IMG/VR virus record: IMGVR_UViG_3300021197_000610
Coordinates: 1-56,729 of that record
Length of the DNA stretch: 56,729 nucleotides
Reading direction: 5' to 3' (one strand)
Source of the DNA: a virus
Lineage: Duplodnaviria > Caudoviricetes
The stretch's first letter is position 1; each line of letters begins with the position of its first letter. The translations under genes and the position numbers were made by a program. Of this stretch, positions 28,153 through 36,682 are shown in pieces. The notes beneath the pieces were generated by a model. The model did no database searches. It was given only the letters and a program-made list of their open reading frames with translations, and had not been told where the DNA came from.

Positions 28153-28355
28153 AACTCGTAGTGAATAATACTTTAAAACCTTTCGTAAACAATCCAGAGT
28201 TGTACAACCCATTTCTGGAAGAAATTACAGAACGAATTAATAAGGCACACAAACGTCTTGAGCAAATTAATGAGATAGAAGAACTCTATCGTGCTCAGGG
28301 TGAAATACGTGTGCTTAGATCTTTGTTATTGCTTAGGGAACATGTAAATGGCTGA
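28149..28355 (+). CDS. Small protein following the portal
   Basis: LYRAQGEI..LR.L..LRE motif. Confidence 0.7.
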   Translation: MKLVVNNTLKPFVNNPELYNPFLEEITERINKAHKRLEQINEIEELYRAQGEIRVLRSLLLLREHVNG

Positions 28356-31300
28356 AGTCAAAAAACAGATGGAAATGTTTGGCTATACTGCCGAAGGAGC
28401 AAAACAAGAAGCTAATAGGCTTGCTTCCGATGTTAATACAGATTTAACTTTTAAAGAAGCTGCAATAAATGTTGGTAGTATGTTACCTGGAATTGGTACT
28501 GCTATGACTGTTGCAGAAATAGAGGAAGAATTAAAAAAAGAAAACCCTAGTTATGGTAAAATAGCTTTACTTGGTGGATCTGAAATAATTGGTCTTATTC
28601 CTGGTCTTGGAACTGCAGCAAAAAGTGCATTAAAAGCTGCTGCTAAAAAAATAGGTGCTAATAAGATTATAGATGCTTTAGATGCACCTAAACCTAAAAC
28701 AGAGTCTGAAATAATTGCAGGTCCAGGTGCTCCAGATTATAAAAACGAAGCATATTATAAAGCTTTACAATTAAAAAGAAGAGGCTACTCTGACAAACAA
28801 ATTGAGGAAATAACAGGTAGACTTAGAACATCAAGTTCTGGAGATTATATTCCTCAGGTAAATCAAAGATTAGAAGAGTTATATTATAACAAAGATTTTT
28901 TAAATAGTAGAACAAAAACTGTTGATAATAAAGATATAATTGAAAGAGAACTTAAAGAAGTAGAAGCAAAAATAGCACAGTTAGAAAAAAAATATCCAGG
29001 TGGATTAATAGATCCAAAAGAAGGGTCAATTTTTAAATTTGAGATACCTGATAATAATATTAAAATTAAAACAAATAATGGGGTTATAAATTATAAAGAA
29101 GCTACTGTTAATAGTCCAATATTAATTGGTGATTTAATACCAACCCACACAAAACTTTTTGAACAGTACCCCGATTTAAAAAATGTAGAATTTTATGTAG
29201 ATCCTGAACAGTCTGCTGTAGGTGTATTTGATCCTTTTGGGGGTAAACTGCTTGATGATGGAACAGGACGAAGAACAGGTTCAATTTCAATAAATCCTGA
29301 TCGGATGAACGAATTTGATAATATTAATAGCAAAGAGTTTAGAGATATTTTTTTCCACGAATTGCAACATGCAGTTCAACAGCAAGATTACCTTATAGCA
29401 GATCTAGAACAACTCGCAGGTAGCCCTACTGCTTTTGCTCAAACTCTTGCTAAAGAAAGTATAGTACCCCCAGCATTTCGACAAGCAACTATATTAAAAA
29501 ATCCTAAAGCTTTAAAAATTAAAGAAGAAATAGTAGCTCTTTTTAAAAAAGAATACCCTAGTAAATTTAAATGGGTAGAGGAAGATTTTTCTGTAACCGA
29601 TGAAGGTTTAAAAAACATAAATCCTAAAGTAGCTAAAAAATTAGCAAACTTAATGAGGGATCTTGAATTAGAAAGTCATAGAACATATCTTCAAACAGCC
29701 TCTGAGGTAGAAGCATCAGTAGTAGGTCTTAGAGCAAGTAAACTTGATTTTGATGCGGCAGGCCCAGTAACACCAGAAATATCTAAAAGAAAAAACATAA
29801 CAACATTAGAAGAATATAAAGCATCTAAAGATGCTTTTAAGGTTGATAATCAAGTTACAAAAATTATTAATAATATTAAATCTAAATTTAAACCTATGGA
29901 TGAGTTTGAACAGATGAGATATCATGGAGCTGCTGTCTATTTTGCCAGATATGCTCTTGGAATGGATGATGCTTTACAACAATTTGATTTGATCGGAGTA
30001 AAGGGCAGTTTTGCCGAAGGAGGCACAGTAATGAATAAACAAATGCAAATGGCTTTTATGAATGAAGGTGGACTAAGAGACGATAACATGGAAAAAGATC
30101 CAGTATCGGGTAATGAGGTTCCCTCAGGTTCTATGGCTAAAGAAGTACGAGACGATATTCCTGCCCAGTTGTCCGAAGGTGAATATGTAGTTCCTGCTGA
30201 TGTTGTTCGTTACTACGGTGTAAAGTTTTTTGAAGATTTACGAGATAGAGCAAAAATAGGCTTGCAAGATATGGAAGCTAATGGTAGAATAGGTGGTGAG
30301 CCTGTTCCTGCAGGTGGTCCAACAAATACCGATGAACTATCCCCACAAGAGATGCAAGCCATACAAGAAATGATGGGTATGGCTGAAGGCGGTACAGTAA
30401 ACATGTACAAACGTCAGCAAGACCTTTACTCAGCTCCACAACAAGCTGTAGGTAATAACATGATGAATGAAGGTGGTCAAGTAAGGGGTTATTCTCCTGG
30501 TGGTATGGGAACTGCAGATATGGGCCAAAATATGGAGCAACAAATTTTAACTGCAGGACAGCAGGTACAGCCGTTTGTAGCACAGCCTTTAGGTTCTTCT
30601 TTATTTCAACCTGCAGGTAGTCAAATGGCTGAGGTAACAACTCCAACTGCTTTTGTACCTGTAGACATGATTAATCTACAAACTAACCATAGGGTAAAAG
30701 CAAACACCCAACAAGAGTTTGATAACTATTCATCTCAAGGTTATATTGTAGATGACGGTACTCTAAAGCCTAACTCAGGTGACTCTGGTGGCGGAGGAGG
30801 AGGTGGTAACAAACCACCTAAACCTGAAGGATGGAAAAAGTGGCTAGAAAGTGCAGATTTTAATAGTAGAGGAGGTTTGGAAAAATTTGTTGAAAGTTTA
30901 GACTATGACCCTACTAAAGATCAAACAACTTTAAAAACACTTGGTGCAACTGCTTTAGCAGGTCCATTTGCAGGAGCAGCTACTGCATTAGGATCATCTA
31001 AAGAGGGTTTAACTAAAATTTCTAATTTACGAGCTGCGGCTCTTATTGCTAAAGCACAAGGTTTTGATGACTTATCTGAAAAATATAATAAACAGGTTGC
31101 AAGTATAATTGAAAAAGCACCAAAAATTTTAGATTATTTAGATGACGTTTTTGCACCAGGCACATCTAAAGCAAATGCTTGGGCTAAAACAAAAGGATTC
31201 GATACTATTGAGCAAGCTACAGAAGCAGGAGTTACACCTACTGTTGCACCTACTCCTACCCCTACTCCAAGTAGTAACGATGATAATGACCCACCAAATT

Positions 31301-31596
31301 GGAGTTCAGCAACTGACGCAGCTTCTGCTGCAAGTTTGGCTGCTGCTAATGTGTCTGAAGGTGTTAATTCAAATCAAGCTGCTGAAGCTGCTGCTGCAGG
31401 TGTAAATGCAGGTGTTTCTGCAGCAAGTTCTTCTGAGGCTGCTGCTGCAGGTGCAACATCTATCGGATCAGGAGAAGGCTCTACTGAAGAAGAAGGTGCA
31501 GAAACAAGTTCAGGAACTATCTTTAACAAAGGTGGACTAGCAACTAAAAAGAAGAAGAGTCAATCTAAGAAGGGCGGACTCGCAGGTAAAAAATAA
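28348..31596 (+). CDS. Large virion-associated polyvalent protein with a zincin (LPD23-like) domain
   Basis: FKFEIPD...LFEQYPDL...HELQHAVQ; downstream DDIPAQLSEGEYVVPADVV domain; low-complexity tail. Confidence 0.7.
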   Translation: MAEVKKQMEMFGYTAEGAKQEANRLASDVNTDLTFKEAAINVGSMLPGIGTAMTVAEIEEELKKENPSYGKIALLGGSEIIGLIPGLGTAAKSALKAAAKKIGANKIIDALDAPKPKTESEIIAGPGAPDYKNEAYYKALQLKRRGYSDKQIEEITGRLRTSSSGDYIPQVNQRLEELYYNKDFLNSRTKTVDNKDIIERELKEVEAKIAQLEKKYPGGLIDPKEGSIFKFEIPDNNIKIKTNNGVINYKEATVNSPILIGDLIPTHTKLFEQYPDLKNVEFYVDPEQSAVGVFDPFGGKLLDDGTGRRTGSISINPDRMNEFDNINSKEFRDIFFHELQHAVQQQDYLIADLEQLAGSPTAFAQTLAKESIVPPAFRQATILKNPKALKIKEEIVALFKKEYPSKFKWVEEDFSVTDEGLKNINPKVAKKLANLMRDLELESHRTYLQTASEVEASVVGLRASKLDFDAAGPVTPEISKRKNITTLEEYKASKDAFKVDNQVTKIINNIKSKFKPMDEFEQMRYHGAAVYFARYALGMDDALQQFDLIGVKGSFAEGGTVMNKQMQMAFMNEGGLRDDNMEKDPVSGNEVPSGSMAKEVRDDIPAQLSEGEYVVPADVVRYYGVKFFEDLRDRAKIGLQDMEANGRIGGEPVPAGGPTNTDELSPQEMQAIQEMMGMAEGGTVNMYKRQQDLYSAPQQAVGNNMMNEGGQVRGYSPGGMGTADMGQNMEQQILTAGQQVQPFVAQPLGSSLFQPAGSQMAEVTTPTAFVPVDMINLQTNHRVKANTQQEFDNYSSQGYIVDDGTLKPNSGDSGGGGGGGNKPPKPEGWKKWLESADFNSRGGLEKFVESLDYDPTKDQTTLKTLGATALAGPFAGAATALGSSKEGLTKISNLRAAALIAKAQGFDDLSEKYNKQVASIIEKAPKILDYLDDVFAPGTSKANAWAKTKGFDTIEQATEAGVTPTVAPTPTPTPSSNDDNDPPNWSSATDAASAASLAAANVSEGVNSNQAAEAAAAGVNAGVSAASSSEAAAAGATSIGSGEGSTEEEGAETSSGTIFNKGGLATKKKKSQSKKGGLAGKK

Positions 31597-31638
31597 GGCT
31601 ACTCAGCTTCGGCTGACCCCAACAAAAAAGGAAAAAAT

Positions 31639-32538
31639 ATGCCTGAATTAGCAGAAGTAGAAACACAAAAGACAGCAGGATTTGTAGACAGAGGTTACAA
31701 TCACGAAAAGAAACGTAGCCGAATGGAGGCTGAAGAAGAGGAGATTCGTAAACTTGAAGCTAAACAACGTGGAGAAGAAGACGAAGACCAACCCTCAGAA
31801 GAAGAAGCTTCCGAAGAAAAAGAGGCCGATACAGAGGTTAAAGAAGAAACGTTATCTGCTGAAGAAAAATCTTTTAAAAAACGATATGGTGATCTAAGAC
31901 GCCATATGCAAGAAAAAGAAAAGGAATGGGACGAAAAGTTTAAGACCTTTGAAGAACGTTTAAAGAAAGATTCTATAATACCACCTAAGTCTGACGAAGA
32001 CATAGAGAAGTGGGCAAAAGAATATCCAGACGTAGCAGGTGTAGTAGAAACTATTGCTGCTAAAAAAGCTCAAGAAATGTTTAGTAAAGCTGAAGCTCGT
32101 ATGCAAGAGTTTGATAAAATCCAAACAGAAGCTGAAAGAACTAAAGCTGAAACTATTATACGTAAGTCACATGAAGACTTTGATGAACTTAGAGCTTCTG
32201 ATGAATTTCATAATTGGGCTAACGAACAACCTAAGTGGGTTCAAGATGCACTGTATGAAAATTCAGACGATCCTGCATCAGTAGTTCGTGTTATTGATTT
32301 ATATAAAGTAGATAAAGGCCTTACAAAAACTGCTAAGAAAGCAAAGGCCAAAGACGCAGCTTCCACAGTCACTCGTAAAACAAAAACACAAGTAGATGTA
32401 GAAGATGCTAATGACGCAATTCGTGAGTCAGAAGTTGCAAGAATGTCTGATAAGGAATTTGAGCAAAGAGCTGACGAAATTAACAAAGCTATCCGTTCGG
32501 GTAAATTTGTTTACGATGTATCTGGCAAAGCTAGATAA
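31639..32538 (+). CDS. Capsid scaffolding protein
   Basis: Acidic coiled coil, FKKRYGDLRRH, directly upstream of the MCP. Confidence 0.7.
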   Translation: MPELAEVETQKTAGFVDRGYNHEKKRSRMEAEEEEIRKLEAKQRGEEDEDQPSEEEASEEKEADTEVKEETLSAEEKSFKKRYGDLRRHMQEKEKEWDEKFKTFEERLKKDSIIPPKSDEDIEKWAKEYPDVAGVVETIAAKKAQEMFSKAEARMQEFDKIQTEAERTKAETIIRKSHEDFDELRASDEFHNWANEQPKWVQDALYENSDDPASVVRVIDLYKVDKGLTKTAKKAKAKDAASTVTRKTKTQVDVEDANDAIRESEVARMSDKEFEQRADEINKAIRSGKFVYDVSGKAR

Positions 32539-32542
32539 CCTG

Positions 32543-32571
32543 TTGACAACTACTAAATCAACAGTATAACT
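32543..32571 (+). promoter_or_regulatory. Promoter of the capsid gene
   Basis: TTGACA-N16-TATAACT. Confidence 0.6.
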
Positions 32572-32778
32572 ATAGGCACAGAGACAAAAGCCTCTTTTGA
32601 CTACCTTTTGTCTTGCCTAATTTCACAAAAGTCTAAACTACAAAGAACTACCTGGACAAGTACAGGCCCAGTAGTATTTGGTGGCGCAACCTAAATACTC
32701 TCTGCACCCTAGAAAACGTACAGCCTCTTTTAGATGTTTAAGCTTTCTTCATAAGCCAAATATCAGGAGGATTTTATC

Positions 32779-33852
32779 ATGGCTTTTACAACAGCAGGAG
32801 GATACGGTAACTTACCTAACGGTAATTTTTCCAGTATCATATACTCCAAAAAGGTTCAGCTCGCCTTTAGAAAGAGCACAGTAGTAGGTGACATCACCAA
32901 CTCTGATTATTTTGGGGAGATAGCTGCCCAAGGTGATACGGTGAAAATCATCAAAGAACCTGAAATCTCAGTCAGTGCATATGCTCGTGGGACTCAGGTA
33001 AATGCACAAGATCTAGACGATGAAGACTTTTCTCTAGTCGTTGATAAAGCTAACTACTATGCTTTTAAGATTGACGATATTGAGGAAGCTCATTCACATG
33101 TCAATTTTATGGATCTTGCTACCAACCGTGCAGCATACCGTTTAGCTGATCAGCATGACCAAGAAGTTCTTGGCTATCTATCAGGTTTTAAACAGTCTGC
33201 ATTACACACCGATGCTGATACAGTCAATGACCAAGTAAATGGTTCAAAAGCTGTAACAACAGCAGGCTCAGACGAGTTGTTATCTTCAATGAAACTTATT
33301 AAGTCTTCATTTGGTAACATCACAACGACTTCTGCAGGAGATCATTCGATCCCAGTAGCAGCACGTCTACCAGGTGCAACAGCACTACCAACAGCAACTG
33401 TTTCTCCTGCGATGATCGTATCACGCATGAAACGTTTGTTGGATCAACAACAAGTTGATTCACAAGGTAGGTGGCTCGTAGTTGACCCCGTGTTCATGGA
33501 AATCATGGCTGATGAGGACTCAAGGTTCTTGAACGCAGATTACGGTGAAGCAGGTGCTCTACGTAACGGTCTAGTGCTGAACAACCTACATGGTTTTAGA
33601 GTTTACACTTCCTCAAACCTTCCTCACGTAGGTACAGGTTCAGGAACTGCAGGTTCTGCAAACCAGAATGCCAACTTTGGTGTGATCGTTGCAGGTCATG
33701 ACTCAGCAGTAGCAACTGCAGAGCAGATCAGTAAGACTGAAACTTACCGTGATCCTGACAGCTTTGCTGACATCGTTCGTGGTATGCATCTATACGGTAG
33801 GAAGATTCTTCGTCCAGAAGCAATCGTTACTGCTAAATATAACGCAGCTTAA
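32779..33852 (+). CDS. Major capsid protein (N4-gp56 / HMO-2011 type)
   Basis: ITNSDYFGEI...GDTVKII, RDPDSFADIVRGMHLYGRKILRPEA; AGGAGG RBS. Confidence 0.92.
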   Translation: MAFTTAGGYGNLPNGNFSSIIYSKKVQLAFRKSTVVGDITNSDYFGEIAAQGDTVKIIKEPEISVSAYARGTQVNAQDLDDEDFSLVVDKANYYAFKIDDIEEAHSHVNFMDLATNRAAYRLADQHDQEVLGYLSGFKQSALHTDADTVNDQVNGSKAVTTAGSDELLSSMKLIKSSFGNITTTSAGDHSIPVAARLPGATALPTATVSPAMIVSRMKRLLDQQQVDSQGRWLVVDPVFMEIMADEDSRFLNADYGEAGALRNGLVLNNLHGFRVYTSSNLPHVGTGSGTAGSANQNANFGVIVAGHDSAVATAEQISKTETYRDPDSFADIVRGMHLYGRKILRPEAIVTAKYNAA

Positions 33853-33865
33853 GGGAGATTGAATT

Positions 33866-34357
33866 ATGGCTTTAGGTGATAATACACTTCAATCTGCTCG
33901 GGGAGCCAATGCTAACCCAGGTAGAAAACCCTACATGGTTCAAACTGTTTTGAATCTAGCAACTGCTTTGTCTGACAAAGGATCTGCACTAGCTGCTTCT
34001 GATGTCGTTCCAGTGATTGCTGTCAAAAAAGGAACTATGATCCTTAATGCAGGTATGGAAGTTGATACAGCTTCTGACGGTTCTACATTAACTCTAGATC
34101 TAGGAACAGGGGCCGATGCCGATTGTTTTGTAGATGGGTTTGATGGAACATCTGCAGCAGGAGTTGTTACTCAAAACCCTGCGGCATTCCAACCATTAAT
34201 GGCTGTAGCTGATGATAACATCGACATGACAATTGCAACATTGTCTGGTGGTGCTGTTACTACAGGCAAGATCCGAATTTGGGCATGGATGATGGATTGC
34301 ACAGATATAGGTAATGACGGTACTGCTAATGAAGTAGATCGTGATGCACTTGCATAA
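33866..34357 (+). CDS. Capsid decoration/cement protein
   Basis: Beta-rich 163-aa protein between the MCP and a terminator. Confidence 0.6.
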   Translation: MALGDNTLQSARGANANPGRKPYMVQTVLNLATALSDKGSALAASDVVPVIAVKKGTMILNAGMEVDTASDGSTLTLDLGTGADADCFVDGFDGTSAAGVVTQNPAAFQPLMAVADDNIDMTIATLSGGAVTTGKIRIWAWMMDCTDIGNDGTANEVDRDALA

Positions 34358-34364
34358 CTAACTT

Positions 34365-34390
34365 AAGGGGCAGGGCAACTTGCCCCTTTA
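34365..34390 (+). terminator. Terminator after the capsid genes
   Basis: AAGGGGCAGG-GCAA-CTTGCCCCTT. Confidence 0.65.
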
Positions 34391-34412
34391 GCTTACCTGA
34401 GGGATTTTTGTA

Positions 34413-35144
34413 ATGGCTACTTATGTCACACTTGTAAATCAACTATTACGTAGACTGAACGAAGTTACACTTGATTCGGCAGGTGATGGCTTTGATGCAG
34501 TACGGAATGTACAAGCTTTGGCTAAAGATGCGATAAATAACTCCATTAGAAATATCATTCAGACAGGACAAGAGTTTCCGTTTTTAAAAACTACAACTAC
34601 ACAAACACTAACTGCAGGAACTAGGCAATATGCTTTTCCTGCTGATTTTGCTTCTGTAGACTGGGATACTTTTTATTTAAAAAAGCTAGGGTCTGCAGGT
34701 AATACTCCTAGCTTTCTCCCTACAATATCTTTTGAAGAGTATACTCAAAGGTTTCGTGGCTTAGATGATGAAGGTGATTCTGGATCTGGTATATCTGCAC
34801 CAGAACGTGTGTATCAAACATTAGAAGCAAAGTTTGGTGTAACACCTGTTCCAAATAATAGTTATATAGTAGAGTATGTGTACTTTTCATTCCCTTCTGA
34901 CCTAACTGCTTTTAATGATACGTCTATAATACCTGACAGATTTAACCATGTACTTATTGATGGTGCTATGATGTATATGATGAGATTTAGGTCTAATGAT
35001 CAAAGTGCTGCTATACATCAACAAAACTTTACTGATGGCATTAGGTCTATGAGACGTATACTTATGGACGATCCACTTGATGTTAGGTCAACAGTAATAC
35101 AAAGAAACAAATCATTTAGTAACACTATTAGCAGTATTGTATAA
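34413..35144 (+). CDS. Head-tail adaptor / tail tubular protein A
   Basis: LVNQLLRRLNEV, EFPF, PVP...Y, IPDRF; position. Confidence 0.7.
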   Translation: MATYVTLVNQLLRRLNEVTLDSAGDGFDAVRNVQALAKDAINNSIRNIIQTGQEFPFLKTTTTQTLTAGTRQYAFPADFASVDWDTFYLKKLGSAGNTPSFLPTISFEEYTQRFRGLDDEGDSGSGISAPERVYQTLEAKFGVTPVPNNSYIVEYVYFSFPSDLTAFNDTSIIPDRFNHVLIDGAMMYMMRFRSNDQSAAIHQQNFTDGIRSMRRILMDDPLDVRSTVIQRNKSFSNTISSIV

Positions 35145-36682
35145 TGCCCGAAAATTTAGCCTCCTTTAAAGTTTTTGCACAGGGCGGTTTAAACACAAGC
35201 CGTGATGTGCTCTCTCAAGGTGAGGTTGCACCAGGTTCTGCTGTTGCACTTATTAATTATGAACCTGCTGTTACAGGTGGTTATAGAAAGATAAGTGGCT
35301 TTGCTAATAACTATGGCACAGTTACAGGAACAGGAAGTGTTCTTGGTGTAGCAGTAGCAGATGGTATTAAAGATGGTATCTTTGCTGCTCGTAAACCTTC
35401 TTCAGGAACTAATTATTTACACTATTGGAATAACTCTACATCAGCTTGGGTTGCTGTAAGTAGTGCAGGTTCTCCAACAATGACAGGTGTATCAAAGGTT
35501 AGATTTTCTAGGCTTAATTTTGGTACTCCAAAGCTTGTTTTGACTGATGGTATAAACCCTGCAGCTACATATGATGGTACAACCTATACTCAGATTACTC
35601 ACTCTGATGCACCTACAGATCCAAAATATTCTGCAATATTTCAAAACCATTTATTTCTAGCAGGTGATCCTGCACATCCAACAAAACTATTTTTTAGTGC
35701 ACCACTAGCAGAAACAGACTTTGCATCAGGTAATGGAGCAGGAGTTATAAATGTAGGTTTTCCTATTGTTGCTATAAAGTCTTTTAGAAACGAACTATAT
35801 ATTTTTGGTTCAACCCATATTAAAAAGTTATCGGGTACTGCATCAGCTAACTTTGTGTTACAAACTGTAACAGATGATCTCGGATGTTTAGCTACAGATA
35901 GTGTTATAGAAATTGGTGGTGACTTGCTATTCTTATCACAGGATGGTCTACGTCCTATCTCAGGTACAGCAAAAATTGGTGACGTTAATCTCGAAACTGT
36001 ATCAAAAGATATTCAATCTATCTTTACAGATATTGTATTTGATATTGATTTAGATACTCTAAATGCTGTTACCATAAAACAAAAAACACAATTTAGATAC
36101 TTCTTTGGCGCAGCAGATTCACAGGGTGTTATAGGTGGCTTTAGACAAACTCCAAATGGATTGCAGTTTGAATATAGTCAGATGTTAGGTATAGCTGCTA
36201 CTGCTGCTGACAGTGGTTATATAGGACAAAACGAATTTGTTATTCACGGAGATAGCACTGGTAAGGTGCACAGACAAGAACAGGGTAATAGTTTTGCAGG
36301 AACTAATATCTTTAGTGTTTTCCAAACTCCTTTTCTTCATATGCAAGACCCAGAGCAAAGAAAGATATTTTATACAGTAGCAACTTATCTACGTTCTGAG
36401 GGTGATAATGAAATTGTCATGTCTGTTGTATATGATTACGAAGACCCAGACTCTTTAAATCCAACAAACTTTACACTGAGTACTGAGGGTGCAGCAGCCT
36501 ATTATAACGAAGCTGCGTATAATAGCACAGCTATTTTTGATGGGAATCCTTCACCAGTGCAACGTACAAACATATCAGGTTCAGGTAAATCGGTTTCTTT
36601 AAAATATGTTACAAATGATTCAAATGCTTCACACAGTATTCAAGGCTTAGTTGTGACGTTTGGCGTGGGGGATAGACTTTAA
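35144..36682 (+). CDS. Tail nozzle / tail tubular protein B-like
   Basis: GGLN N-terminus, beta-propeller-like, LGCLA.DSV.EIGGDLLFL. Confidence 0.65.
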   Translation: MPENLASFKVFAQGGLNTSRDVLSQGEVAPGSAVALINYEPAVTGGYRKISGFANNYGTVTGTGSVLGVAVADGIKDGIFAARKPSSGTNYLHYWNNSTSAWVAVSSAGSPTMTGVSKVRFSRLNFGTPKLVLTDGINPAATYDGTTYTQITHSDAPTDPKYSAIFQNHLFLAGDPAHPTKLFFSAPLAETDFASGNGAGVINVGFPIVAIKSFRNELYIFGSTHIKKLSGTASANFVLQTVTDDLGCLATDSVIEIGGDLLFLSQDGLRPISGTAKIGDVNLETVSKDIQSIFTDIVFDIDLDTLNAVTIKQKTQFRYFFGAADSQGVIGGFRQTPNGLQFEYSQMLGIAATAADSGYIGQNEFVIHGDSTGKVHRQEQGNSFAGTNIFSVFQTPFLHMQDPEQRKIFYTVATYLRSEGDNEIVMSVVYDYEDPDSLNPTNFTLSTEGAAAYYNEAAYNSTAIFDGNPSPVQRTNISGSGKSVSLKYVTNDSNASHSIQGLVVTFGVGDRL

